In this document: positions 1 through 13,109 of the stretch, piece after piece | How the letters are laid out: each line of letters begins with the position of its first letter | Position numbering within the stretch: the first letter of the stretch is position 1 | Origin: Perkinsus chesapeaki ATCC PRA-425 | Lineage: Eukaryota; Protista; Perkinsozoa | DNA: 46,426 nt | Direction: 5' to 3' | NCBI GenBank assembly: GCA_013115145.1 | Contig: JAAPAO010000254.1 | Location: 1 to 46,426 of the forward strand | Made by a program: the position numbers and the translations under genes | The notes under the pieces: model-generated | What the model was told of the DNA's origin: nothing | The model's database searches: none | The model's input: only the letters and a program-made list of their open reading frames with translations

Positions 1-702
1 GAAGTGTGAAGATGAATTAAATATCACGTTTCTATAAACAAGAAATGTAGAGTTCGTCACATGTGACAGTTATCGAAGTTATACAGTTTCGGACACCATG
101 ACGGTTAATTAACGCCAGTCGCCACTTGACCATATGGATCGAGTGTGCTACCGTGAGTAGTTCGTGACATAATCATTTGACTGTCATATGATTATGTCCT
201 TTCATGTGAATTTCATATTATAAAACGTTATCAATCATGCAAGATGACCCTTCCAGTCGTTACTGGAAGAGGGGACCCAGGATATTTAATTAGTTTAGAT
301 TATTGTCACCGCCATTGAATAACATATTTCATCAGACGTAAGGAATAGCGTTACTCATCAGATCAGCTTCGTATTTTCGAAAGTGACGTATTGAACTCTT
401 CCTTGACACCAGCATGAACGTGATCGCTCGAGTGGGTTCCACTTCACAGGCGAGCGCTCGGCTGAATCTTCGAGCGTTATAGATTTCCACTCGAGTCATC
501 ACCGATTACTAATTCTTGCTGTTCGATACGCGAGATTGTTAACAGTGGTCCCTTCACAGGGTCACCGTTACAGCATCGTTAAGGGAAGGAGTAATGAAAA
601 ATCTGGGAAATTCCTAGTAGGAATGATTGAGCCAGTGGTGGACTAAAATTCCATTTGGTCGTGTAAGCTCCATCCAATGCCGAAGTCTACCCGTAGGATT
701 AT

Positions 703-1113
703 TTGGTAATTGTAATGTACTCTATGACCCCGAGCATCCGCTGCATTATGTTATACTCGCTTGCTTATTATACAGCAAACGGAGCAGCTCCTCGAGAACC
801 GAAAGGCTTATACAAACCCTTCTACAGTGAACCTATTGAAATGATCACTTTTGACCCTGATGCGCTGACCGTCCATATTAGGGATAAAAATGGTTTATCA
901 TTTACTGCGGGCTACACTCAGAATGGAAAGTCTATCAAAATTACCGTCACGGGTTCTAATTTGGGAAGCCTTAGAGAGAAGTACCCCGGAAAGATCACAG
1001 ATAATACTCTCGAAAGATGGAATTTCAGCGGCGTTTCGAATGACATTATGGTCCCATACGAGGATGCAGATGTTTTATACTACCACACTAGACCTCACCT
1101 ATTCATGAAATAG
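703..1113 (+). CDS. Small intronless, probably secreted protein; paralog of 3266-3625
   Basis: 136-aa ORF with a hydrophobic N-terminus (IMLYSLAYYTA). Colinear similarity to ORF 3266-3625: PKGLYKPFYSEPI vs PDGMYRSVYKEPI; YTQNGKSIKITV vs YTPKGKSINVTV; YPGKITDNTLER vs FPNKIVGDTFER; IMVPYEDADVLYYH vs ITVPYNGGDAFYGH. The true start may be a downstream ATG. Confidence 0.7.
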   Translation: MVIVMYSMTPSIRCIMLYSLAYYTANGAAPREPKGLYKPFYSEPIEMITFDPDALTVHIRDKNGLSFTAGYTQNGKSIKITVTGSNLGSLREKYPGKITDNTLERWNFSGVSNDIMVPYEDADVLYYHTRPHLFMK

Positions 1114-2876
1114 ATGAGAATGGGTGGAAGGTTCTATACCAGCTTCTACGAGATACATTTTCAGTAACTTCAGTAACCGACAGTGTATTACGGGCACCTC
1201 TATCAGTTCTTCTACTTCCCATTTATGTATTTCGCATACGGACTTCATATTTATCGGGCTGGTGAGCTATATATGTGCATCGATTAGATGTTGGTTAACC
1301 GACTGTCGCGTTAGTAATACTCATACAGGAATGCTGAGGTCGTGCTACAAACTGTAGCTTACTGTAGCGGCAGCGAAATCATTTAATTAGAGAAGCCGGA
1401 AATATGCAATCAAGTATAATTATTGGTAGCTTCAATGAAAAAGAGTGTCACCAATTTGCCAGTCTGTTCTACTTGTTTCTATCCCATATATTCTGAAATT
1501 CGGAATCCGGATGATCAGTTTATTACACTGTATAGATTACTAATATATATCTTTATGAAAGAAGCGTATCCATTTCAACTATTGTGGTCAATTCGAGCTC
1601 GATTTGCCGGAGGGAGTTCGAAGTTGATCGTTATCAGGCAATACATGCCCGTGTGAGTTTGATTCTCCATCTCGGCGATGAGGGTGATAATTATTGGTAG
1701 AATTGCAGTACTATCATGATGAATTGTGATTAATTAGTATCAAGTTTCACAGTTCGTCATAATTATCAAGCAACTTGACCTACACTTGTTTACGATACTG
1801 GTTTCGAACATAGTCACCGTTACGGTCGAGGGATATGACCCGTATCCATATCATATGGATGAAACTAATGAACATGGATTGAAGGGAAAGTGATTGAGCG
1901 CTGAAAGTCCGGAAATTTGACCGCCTTTTTGGAGTGGTGCCGTTTTCCACAATTAACCGATGGATCGTTAGGCTCTTTAATGGTTGAGGCTAGTGCCTCT
2001 TTGTTCAATCCAGAGATTGTGGACCACACTCATCAAGATTCTTCGATTTGAGTTCAAGTAATCAGGCTATAGAGCTTTCTTCGAGGATGTATATGTCTGG
2101 CAGCCCCTATGAGGCCCTTATGAACTTTGCGTGTGCCCTTACTCCATCCAGAATCATACACTTTACGGCGTACAAATACTATTCTAGACCGTTCAACACT
2201 CGGGACCATTCAGTAGTCCTGACTAGCCCTGAGTGCTAAACTGCAGTGATAGAGGCCCTCTATCATAGGGTGACCCCGCGCCACAAACCGAGCTTGAGAC
2301 GCACAACTGATCTGCTTTTTAACCCTGTACGTGTCCTTGTGATGCGTAAGTTCCACAGTTTTGACTGATTGATATACTTTTCTTGGCTCTGGTATGTAGG
2401 TGCTTTCCTTTACACTGGCTGGTGCTGGAAAGCGGTTACCAACAGCTTCGCTCCGGCAGGAACACGCGCCATGGATCGAGGAACCCCCACAGGATGATTT
2501 TCTGCTCAAGTAGTAGTACTACTTGAGTTGAGTCGAGTAGGTGTGACTGTCTCGTGTCCGGTGTTATCCTCTTATAGTACCAAGGTGACATCTTCTGATG
2601 GTTAATTCTTTCAGAAGTCTGACACCCTGGCTGTTGGGTTAGCACCAGAAAACGAGTGGCTTGATCCCGCCATGGCTCCAAAACCGTGACAACCAGGAAC
2701 ACGCACCCTCCATTCTAGCCTCGGGTTTTCCGCGTCCAGCTCGTCAATAACTTCGAGTTTATCAAGCATAAGTGGTTATCTGATGGTGAGGATGATCAAT
2801 CAGAGCATCAACCTCTGTTCCCTGCTGGAGAATCCCCGGGTAGGAGTTGCCTCCTTTGAGACAACTAGTTGTCTCC

Positions 2877-2922
2877 ACGAATCATACCGTATGATAGTTA
2901 ACTATCATACGGTATGATTCGT
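2877..2922. repeat. Perfect 46-bp palindrome with nested internal hairpins
   Basis: ACGAATCATACCGTATGATAGTT|AACTATCATACGGTATGATTCGT is its own reverse complement. Each arm contains ATCATAC-N-GTATGAT. Confidence 0.95.
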
Positions 2923-3265
2923 ACCCACCATCGTGTGCTCCTATATCCACCAGACTGTTGACATCCTTGTCGACACAATCCTTATCGACCATAGCGGTCA
3001 TTCCCTTTCCCCGTTACTGCTAAGATACCCTTCTTCTTTGATCTAACCCTAACGCCTGCGCACGCAGGTGCTTTCACGCATGGCCATTTGCACGCATGTA
3101 CAAATATGACGCCCCGTGGTGGTTAGGGCACACAGTAATACTATGATAGTAATAACAGAGCGATACCGACAAGTACACCGCGCTCAGAATACAAGAGCTT
3201 AGTCTTTGCCTTAGTGTTATCAAGGGGGTGATAGTGTCCTCCTTCAGGCTAGTTTAATCTCCTCT

Positions 3266-3625
3266 ATGTCGCTGGTCATGTACTTTGTTGTTATGTACGC
3301 CATGGCTTGTTATGGGCTAGCTCGTCATTCACCAGACGGTATGTACCGTTCAGTTTACAAGGAACCCATTATGTCTATTGATTTTACACCAGCCAGTGAG
3401 GAGGTCACTATGGTAGGTGTGGATTATGAACTCTACACTGGTACATACACTCCCAAAGGGAAAAGTATTAACGTAACCGTCGAAGCTAAGGACCTAAAGA
3501 GCTTGATGAAGCAGTTTCCCAACAAGATCGTTGGTGATACTTTTGAGAGAATCACTTTCGATGATGGTTCCGATACGATAACTGTCCCGTATAATGGGGG
3601 AGACGCTTTTTATGGTCACAAATGA
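3266..3625 (+). CDS. Small intronless secreted protein; paralog of 703-1113
   Basis: 119-aa ATG-started ORF with a signal-peptide-like start (MSLVMYFVVMYAMACYG). Aligns by eye across its length with ORF 703-1113. Confidence 0.75.
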   Translation: MSLVMYFVVMYAMACYGLARHSPDGMYRSVYKEPIMSIDFTPASEEVTMVGVDYELYTGTYTPKGKSINVTVEAKDLKSLMKQFPNKIVGDTFERITFDDGSDTITVPYNGGDAFYGHK

Positions 3626-4497
3626 GCAAGATTCGCCACTTGGGAGAATCGGGTTGGAGTGAATACCAAACAGCTGGTATAGTCTGTTACCCATGGACCC
3701 CTATTAGACGGCTCACTATTCATTTATGTATTGATCAATATTAACCTAATGTCATCAGCTCAGTGGGCCGAAGGTTATCACAATTTATACCGTTTCGCGT
3801 TTAGTCCTGTCAATACACAAGTCAGTCGGGTCCACCAGACTGGTGGCACCAGTGGCGGAGTTTAGAGGGCTCCTGTTCAATGACATTCCTGTCTATTTTT
3901 ACAACTCCGAAGCATCCTTGTAGTTTTGACTTCAACAGAGTGAATGTTCACCAACTGTTGACATGCGCGGTGCCGTACCACATAAAATTGGATTTCCTCC
4001 TCCATAACAAAGAAGGTTCTGAGCCATGAAGGTATGTTTGGAATACACTTTATGATATGAGTGTTGAACAAGAGATATATAACTCCGCTTCAATAATAGC
4101 CTCCCACACAATATATGAGATATGTTAACAACATCGGTAGTATTAATTTAACTTAAAGAGAATGTCCAGTACCCGAGAACATCCCTTTCGATTATGTCAA
4201 AGCTTGAGGCTCAAGCTAATCCTCGAATAATTTTACATCATCTCGTGTCTGGTCTTGTTTATTGCACGACGACGGCGGCGTAGTACCAGTCCTGCCGTTG
4301 GTCACTGTTGAGGTTTCACTCTTTACCCCGATGATCCTTGACTTGTGCTGAAATATCTCTTCTCCAGCAGACAGTGAGTGTGACTTCACCAGCAGACAGC
4401 AGGAAGCTGAGAGCCGTACAGGAGGGCATAGCGATATTGACTAACATAACAATAACATTTTGATTGAAATGAAAACGTTTTGGAGAAAGTTATATTA

Positions 4498-6073
4498 TCA
4501 ATCTTCGCAGAACAGTGTGTGCATTAGAGTCCTCAGCGCCAAATTTGGGACCAATCTTCGCATCATTTGCGTACCTACAAGTAGAACTGGAGCCCGTTGG
4601 TTATAAGAGTATTACCAGTAATGGGCGACTTAGCATTCCTGGCCAACCACCTTTCTATAGCTGATCTATCGTATGTATGCCCGTCGCACGCCACTGCTGG
4701 AGATCTCATTGGTGCGCGTGTTATAGGACAGATAAAGGTCTCCGGGTCCAACCTGAGCCATAAACAAGAACCTATAATATGCTTCATCAAAGACCATCGA
4801 AGGAAGTATCAAGTAGCTGAACTACACTAGCAGTTCGGTGATGAGAGGATGTTGTAATAGAATGGGGCAGTATGGTTACACTTCAAGGAAGGACAGAGTC
4901 CTCGCATGGTAACTTACCTTCGTTCTTTGCATAGCATCTTCAACACATCCTCATCAATCTCCGGTAGAACTGGTGGCCAATCCGATATTGCTGCTGCTGC
5001 TGCTGTTGACGATGATGATGCATCATTCCAAGGGGATACCCCGCCCGACAAACGAGCAGCAGCTCTTCTATATCTGCTCAGCTGCACTGATGAGTCTTCT
5101 GACATGCCCTCTTCGTAACTACTATCATCATCGGATAACTAACATTAATAACAACTACACAAAGAAACATCACAATACTCACATCATGCACATCAGCACC
5201 TGCTCGCCAATAGCGTCTATGTGTTATCGCTATCGTTGGTCTACTGACATAGTCCGACTGCATCGTGGTCGGTCTCCTCCTGAATATTCAACATTGACTG
5301 GATTAAGAGCAGCAGATTTACATCGGTGAAGGAGGTAGCGGCACTGGTGGAGGAGATCGATTCCTCGTATGCTGGTTCCAACTACTATGTGACCCTACAA
5401 AAGGACTCGGCAAAACCACACGGTATCTCATGGTTACGTCGCCATGGAGGAGGGGCATATGACTCGTAACCCTCGTGTGCCGCACGTGCTGCTGCCATTT
5501 GCCAAAGCGCTGGGCTCACATCTGCTCGGCTGTCAACTTGAGGGCTCGACGGGGAGTACTACGGCAGAAAGGAACTCGAGCTGCTGTCGGCAGTTAAGAG
5601 ATTATGAAAGAATGGATGATAGATCGTTGAAGGTGGTGATAGGTAATGTGGAACTCATTTATAAATATAACAATGATAACGAGCAGCAGCAGCAGCAGCC
5701 TCGGCGATCTGTCTCAGACCTGTTGACGAGGTCCACCCCAAAAGTTTAAAAGTAAATAGTGCATATTGAAGATTATAGTGTCCAGGGCGGATTATGCTAG
5801 GCACTGTTATCTCATATAGGGCTATTAATATATAGTTTACCAATGACCAGATATACTTACCATCCTTCTGCGTTGTCTCGGTGGCGATGGGCTCCTATCA
5901 TCGTCATCCTCATCATCAATCGACAGCTCCTCCTCCTCATCATCATCATCTTCGGTCGTCTGAGCATCATAGTACTCAGGTGATGGAGGACGATTGCATC
6001 GCCAAGATGGACCGCGACGACGCCATGGTGGTGATGATGGGGGCCGTGGCGGTGGTGGTGGGACTGATGACAT
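4498..6073 (-). CDS. U-box domain E3 ubiquitin ligase-like protein, multi-exon, acidic/proline-rich N-terminus
   Basis: PETFICPITRAPMRSPAVACDGHTYDRSAIERWLARNAKSPITG, then after a GT-AG intron TQMMRRLVPNLALRTLMHTLFCED-stop, which is a canonical U-box. First exon MSSVPPPPP... starts at 6073. Middle exons were not fully resolved. Confidence 0.8.
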
Positions 6074-6516
6074 AAAGATGACACTACTTTCGTGGCCAAC
6101 TGTCCAAAACCCCCAGAGTGTATTGAGAGTTGTGGCTAATTGAGCTAATGTTTAACTGCAGGATCATAATTAGATTCCCACAGCATCGGTCAATCCTGAT
6201 ATGGCGTAAACAACGGTGCTAGGAGAAAACGAAGACCAACAGCAGCGCCGACCAGCAGTAGCAGCAGGAATTAGCAAAACTACATAGAATCACTACAACG
6301 GTGCGGGGGGTGACATGGATTCACTCCATTCTGCAGGGTAGGTTGCTGAGCACCCTTCCTTAATGATGGCCAATGACAGATGGGTGTGATAAGCGACATA
6401 TGCTCTCACAATAGAATATATAGGAAATGCTTCTAGTTTAAAAGAGAATGCAGGGAGCCAATAATCAATACATTCAGTCGTTTATGAGGACGTCACACAT
6501 TAGTTGCTTAATTGGT

Positions 6517-8690
6517 TTAGTATCTTCGAACCACAGTTAGTTCACATTTACAAGAATCATATAAGCCCACCTTACCAGCCTGCGGCGGCGGTGGACACCT
6601 CCACGACTCTTCATCGCTAGGGCTCTCATCTTCGGAGGATACACCAACACCATCAGCGACTGGGCCCCAGTAGTGCCGTTCAACTGCGAAAATAAGCGTC
6701 ACTGCGCCACGAAATGACCCAGCATATAGGAATCATCACATGAGGATACTAGGATTGGCAAGAAGCGTCGACACGGACCATAATCGCTATCATCATCGTC
6801 TACGCTTGATTCTGATTCTGGCTGCTGAGAAGGCTGCATGTTACTCGAACTCCAGTTCTCTCGGCGACGCCATAGCCCAACTGGGGGCGGGACCGTTACC
6901 TATTCCATTTTGAAAACCGAAAGGTCCCTGGTTCGATCCCCACCTGTGACCAAGCGGACACTTCCTCCTCCCATGATTCATCATCGTCATCCGAGCTTGT
7001 GAATTCACTGTCATCTTCAGATTCCTCTGTATTATTGAAATGTTGTCTTACAAGTATACACACTCCGCGTCGATTCATTAATCGATCGAGGGTAAATCAG
7101 CTATCACAGCCGAGGCTAATTAAAAACAACATCCAACAAAAAGCACATAGCAAATGTCGGAAACTTTTAATTCTGAAACAATCCATTGTTATAATGATTC
7201 ATGTCGAGCTACGAGGTGGGGGCTGAAATGAAAGAAGGCTCTAACAATTAAATCATTATGAGGCTGATCGATGTTGTTGGATTTGAGGATAAGGCGGTAA
7301 GTGAAGCTCATCATACAGCTGCCATGTTTCGAGCTTAAGAACACCAACTTGTGTAGGTCAGAAGATGACCATGAAGTTCAAGTAATTTAAAATAGCCATT
7401 GGAAAATGTTATTTACGATTCGATATGCCCAAGGTGAGTGTCGAAGTGATCGTCACGCGCACCAAAATTACTCACATTTTCGTCATCATCTTGATGATAA
7501 TCTTCCATAAGATTTGCTGTCAACTCGGACAACACCGCTGCCGAGGGCCGTGGATCACCCTCAACCATCAACGGCGATAACCTGAATCTTGCAGTCTTGC
7601 TACATCTAGCATTTTCTCAACGCACTTATGAACACCCTCCGCATTCCTAATCAGTGGTGCTCGAGCAAGCATCTCCTCGTCACAACAATCAGAATCGGAT
7701 GACCACCAATCGTCTTCGGGAATGGCAGCTTGAACCTCCGCTGAAAACAGGCGAATCTTGCTAATCTTACCTGAACTTGAGTTTCCTCAACGCACCACTA
7801 TTGAAGGCAATCTTTGGTGTGCTCCCTGCTGCGGCTTCCCGATGCATCAATTCCTCTTTTTCCTTTATCTTCCTGTAGACTTTTCGTCCTAGGCTGTAGA
7901 GGTAAAGAAGCTTATCATCCAATGACTTCAATTCTCGCCACTCATAATACGGTATAGCCATTACCACATACCTAACATATGTCGTATCTTACCACCATCA
8001 ACCTAAGATGCTCACCCTTGCAGCTCCAATAGCCGCTGGTGTAACTTTGACACTGATGTTCTCCTAGTGCTATCAGCGTAAAACCTGTCACAACAAAAAT
8101 CTTGCAACCTTACCAGATCTTACATTTCCTCAACGCTGTATTACGCATAGGGCCCTAGACATTCAACCACAACTTCTTGTTTGTGCTGTTTCTCTTTCTT
8201 GTTGCTCTTTTTCTTATTCATCATGCCATCATCATCATCTGGCCGGCTCATCTCCGCCGGTTCGACTCCTCGAGGATCAGCATGCATGAGGATATCCATA
8301 CATTCATTATCGACCAGAGAACGACTCTTCACCCCAACTTTCATATGGTCTTTCAATAACCAGTAACTGATTCGTCACACGCCACGAAATTCAGCAAGCG
8401 ACATCGTCGCAGAGATCAGCAAGCCCGTCAGAACACTTTTGAGGCTATGAATCTCATTGTCACCAACAACTCATTAAAATGCTCGTCCACCGGAGTTGAT
8501 CAAATATTTTAATCATAGATAACAAATACAGATACAGCTTCCCGAGCACGAAGAGAACTCGATCGATAACTCTTTGAATGGCGGCGGCATCGAGAATGTG
8601 CAAGTAAGGAGAAGCATAGATAATAATAACCGATACATACAATCTACTGTGAAACAAGAAATAGCGGCCAAAGCCCACCAAATTTACCAC
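6517..8690 (-). CDS. Multi-exon hypothetical protein with acidic stretches; probably extends beyond these limits (exon-like pieces at about 6230-10400)
   Basis: Exons join in frame across GT-AG introns, e.g. EEEVSAWSQ|VTVPPPVGLWRRREN (intron 6900-6943) and DDSYML|VERHYWGP (intron 6684-6718). No domain recognised. Confidence 0.5.
6900..6943 (-). other. 44-nt intron that is the antisense of a tRNA-like 3' half
   Basis: Plus strand reads TTGAAAACCGAAAGGTCCCTGGTTCGATCCCCAC. On the minus strand it is GTGGGG...GAATAG, and removing it restores the frame (SQ|VT). Confidence 0.75.
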
Positions 8691-11247
8691 AAGTACAACA
8701 ACTTACATTTCGTTCGCCCACCTAGGACGTATCCTTCTCGTTGGAGATTTTGAATTGGCCATAACAGCTCCAAAGAATGCTCGAATATCATTCCCGAATG
8801 TATCATCATTGTACCTTACTGGGAGTAGTAGAAAATCTTACCACCACTTGCTATCTTACATTTCCTCAACGACACCAGGCTTGGAATATTTCAGAATTTG
8901 ACATGCATTTTTGAAAACTCGTAATTGAGCAAGCTGCCCTGCTGGCACTTGGTTACTATTAACTGAAAATGGAGAATGCTTAATTAAGGCGATTGGGTAC
9001 TTCAAAAACTGATTAATAGACATGAAACATATGAGTTTAATAAGAGCAGGAGGAGGAGGTTATATTATTCCACTGGGGGCATCGATAACCCTCGAGATAC
9101 TTGAAGCATTAAATCATTTACACTTAACAATATCAACCATCGACATTATATTAATATATATGTATTCATCTGTTATGTACTTTACTTCAATTGCTATATA
9201 CAAAAAAACCAATAAGTATTCTGATGCAGTGAATTTGATGCCAAGTATCTTTCTACAACAAACTCGAGATTCGAGGCAACTCGCAGTTTAGGATCCCGGA
9301 CGTGCCACTTTTCGAAACTAGGCTTCTTTGCTGCCCACTGCGAGCATAGAAATGCCAATTGGAATCCCTAAACCCAAAACCCAATTATAAAAGTTGTCTA
9401 AACACACGAGCATCCGTTCACCCAGACGACCTCTACTCGAATGTCTCACCTTCTTTGTTATGCAATTTCCGTGCCATGATTCCCATTGAAGATTTACTGG
9501 CGAGTGAGAATAGGTCTTTCAATACAGCAGATGTTGATGGTAACTCATCCGCGAGGGAGATCATACTGTCACAACTGCTCAATTAGTATCCAACATTCCA
9601 ACATTACCTTTGAGCCAGCAAAGAGAGTGACTGCATATCAAATGTGTCATTCTCTCTTCCCTTCGTTCGAGCATTAACTGAGAGCGGCGGCGGCGGCGGC
9701 GATTAAACAAAAGTGTGGTATGAAGCTCATGTAACTAATGCTTACCGTCCTCTAATTCCAGCGATCGCCTCAATCGAGTTGCTACCGCTTCCTCAGCATA
9801 CATTCGCATTTTCCTAGATCGCCAATCCAATCGAGCTAACGAGTTTAACCCGACGGCAAGGGTCTAAATGAATGGGATATAGAGGAATACATCGAAGAAC
9901 TATTCGGCAGGAAATTAATACCTATCACACTAAACAACGGAGACTTCGAGAACCAAACCTCATGAGGCTGGAGGAGTGCCTCGTCATCCTTGAGGATGAA
10001 TACTGTAAACTAATGATAATTTTATTAACATATTATTATGTATTATCTTCACTATTAATAAGATTAAGGTAATGTCGATAAGTTTCCTACTCCTACTAGC
10101 CAATGTTAGTCCTACAGTGTATGTCTCACCTCCTGCCGTTGGACGTCAGCGTATCTTCTGCAATGTCGAGTGAACGCACGCGAAAGAATCTTTAAAGATC
10201 CACTATGTCGTAAATCAACCTAAATGATTCTGTTGAGGATATAAGATAGGCTACATAGCATGATTCCGTTGGCCATGCGATAGACTTACCTTTGCCATTC
10301 CATGAAGAACTAAACCGACCAGAAAGGGCTCTGAGCCCCAGCGAAGTTGAGGGTTCTAAAATGAGACCAGAGTCCTACGTAGTATACCAAATAGAACAGT
10401 CTGCAAATTACAGATAGATATATACACCCCTCCACACAATTTCAGCAAAATCGTTTTTCCCAGATATCCGTGCTGTATAAAGGAGTTTGAGTCTCCAATT
10501 CACATAGGGTTATAACAATACTGAGTCTATTATAACCCCAAACTGTTTCAGGTCTAAACTCGTCTTGCTTGCTGCGAACTAGAAAGTCGCACCAAAATTG
10601 TGCCGCAAATTCTTAGCATACACAACTTGAATTCGACCTAAAAAATGTCTTATTTCAATGGGGAGGTACCTTTGCATATGATAAAACGGCTGGGTTCAAC
10701 AAAAAAGGGATTGTGTAGGTGAATAATACGACAAGCTGATAGTATCTCCAACTACTAATAGTTTGTAAAGTCTAATCTCTCCTCCTCTATTACTATTGCT
10801 TTCTCAATTTCCCTTCCAACTGCATTCCAAAATGGTGCATGATATATCCCAAAGACTCCAGCTGCATTACATGATAATGCTATTATTAAAGATGTCCATG
10901 TTGGTATTCGATCAGGCAGACATAACTAAACAAACATCACAAACATCAAACTGTCAGAAGGATCATCATATTCTCGTCTAGGAAAGTGAATCTACCATTT
11001 AGACCTTAGACCTTAGAGAGTTATTTCATCAGTCTCTTGTATAGTATGCGTAGTAGAGTCGGGTGGTGTTGAAGAGGAGTGTTATAGCATAGATAATATG
11101 GCTCATAGGGGCATCGATCAACTAACTGCTTTAGACTGCATTATTCAAGATTATGATATGTTCTCATATCTCGCCGTGAAAGCATACTCACTAAACCCTG
11201 ATTTGTATTTTATTTAGTATTGCAGTTGTATGGGAAAGTTCAAGGGT

Positions 11248-12070
11248 TCACTTGAGAATGCTGCGAGTAGATATTCCGATGTTCAGTAGGTACAACTGAA
11301 TCTGGTTACACAGACCGAAGTCCATTCGAGCCAGTATACGAATAATTTCATCGCCGCCGCCCAATGAATACAGTCCGGCGTAACAAAATTGGCGATAGGC
11401 CAACAAATTCGCAATCGAATGGTACCTAACACATCTCAATTTATGCGTGGTAACTCGGAAATGAAATCTTTCGTAGACAATTTTTTGACCGGACTGTGAT
11501 ATTACCTCGTTCATTAATAACTCAATTTGATCTATTCTACGATATTCCAGTCGACGATAAGCTCCAAGCAAGAGAGCCAACTCAAGGGTATCAAACTCTG
11601 ATATATTCCTTAATATTGCTGGACTAATAGATTGGAGTAACTGAGCAATCGTCCGCACTGCGCAACGAAATGTGAAGCTCGTTCTTACTTTAGGGTCTCG
11701 ATAACGTATCTTTGCGAACCCCAGCAAACATGTTGTAAGCTCTCTATGCCCCATATGAACCGACATCAATACTGTACGTTTACCTATTGGAAACCCAATA
11801 TAAAAACAAATACAAGCTTCTTATTAAGTATTCTATATTCATTACTAATAAAGTAACAGAACTCCCAGCAATCAACGACAACGATTTTCGAGAGGTTGAA
11901 CCTTGCAACAGAGCCATGAAAGATACGTTGCTGGAAAGAGCAACCTTCAATGAGATAAGATGAAATACATTATAACTTGACGAGGTAATTAACATATTTT
12001 CTTTACTACAATATACAAAAACGTCAACAATTATTCCCCAACTCACTGAGTTTAGCCCAAAGACGTTCAT
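11248..12070 (-). CDS. Hypothetical protein, possibly helical-repeat (HPR/RAP-type) family
   Basis: Two adjacent long ORFs (96 and 173 aa) on the same strand. The segment SEFDTLELALLLGAYRRLEYR resembles helical repeat units; the family assignment is weak. Confidence 0.45.
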
Positions 12071-13109
12071 CCCTAACCCCTCTCATTGAGGTACGCCATA
12101 CTAGTTTAGTAAGTGCTATAGGGCTTTCCATCCATGACTTGGATGAATGCAGTTCCCAACGCTCATTTTCATTTAGTATCTAACATTATTAATAAGTGGA
12201 GTTATCTATTACGAATGAACGATGTTATAATGTTGCTTGCTCTCATGTTTCCCACAATACAACACGAGGATCAATGTCTCAGCGAGACTACTATATATAG
12301 ACCACACAGATAGTAAATTACCTCATCAGAGGCCACAACTGATACGGTATTCCGTATACAAGTTGACGTAAGATTGAAAACACGGTTATTAGAGCATCTC
12401 AGAGTTGAGAGCATTTAAAGAACAAACTTGGATGAAGATGATGGCGTAATTCAAGTCACATGACGAGTCGAAAATTCCAACTTGGAATCTTGCGCACTTC
12501 GAATAACTTTACGCAGCCTGTGGGATATACAGTACCCGCCAACTGTATTTACTTTGCCGGGCGTCAAGCATTCAATTTTCGAAGGTTGGCTTTAAAGTTC
12601 TATCATACATGGAGGGTTTGACACTGTAAGTCATAGTTTATGACTAAAACATTTCGCACGCGAACGCAACCAATTCGCGAAAGAACGGGCGAGCGAAATT
12701 CACGAGGCATATACACAACTGTGACTGTATGTGTGGGCGGAGTCATGATCGATACCGATTCGGTATTGATACTATCGGTTTTACCGATAGTATGATCAAT
12801 CGACGTTGTCCGACTCTGGTAACACAATCCCAAAGGCTTTATACGAAGTGGTGTTTAGCAAGAAAGCAATACAGCTCTGAGGCACAATAGCTTGAGACCT
12901 CGGAGACAAGTAATGAAGCGTAGGTGAAGATAACTTCTACCAGCAACAAAGACGCAAGATTTTAGCGAATCTTCTCTTATACCTAACTTGCCGTACGTGT
13001 GCGCACTCACCTCTTCCGCACAAGAAGCGCCGCGCCCGTGACCAACTACAACAGCAGGAGACATAAAGACTCGTAGCTACATGTGGCTGAGCGGAATCGA
13101 TTTACATAC

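Noticed and set aside
2210-2830. Short minus-strand ORFs as a transposon remnant
   Set aside because: No RT, integrase, transposase or gag motif could be recognised, and no terminal repeats were defined.
3043-3128. Inverted telomere-like words (CTAACCCTAAC ... GGTTAGGG)
   Set aside because: Only one or two units each, which is compatible with chance.
4995-6060. GCT/CAG/CAT/GGT trinucleotide runs
   Set aside because: Ordinary low-complexity coding sequence (poly-Ala, Asp/Glu, Pro) of the U-box gene.
6862-6952. Apparent full-length tRNA-Phe (A-box-like TAGCCCAACTGG, TTGAAAA loop, T-arm)
   Set aside because: The anticodon, T and acceptor stems do not pair, and the 5' part is the antisense of a coding exon. 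Only the 3' part (the intron) is tRNA-like.
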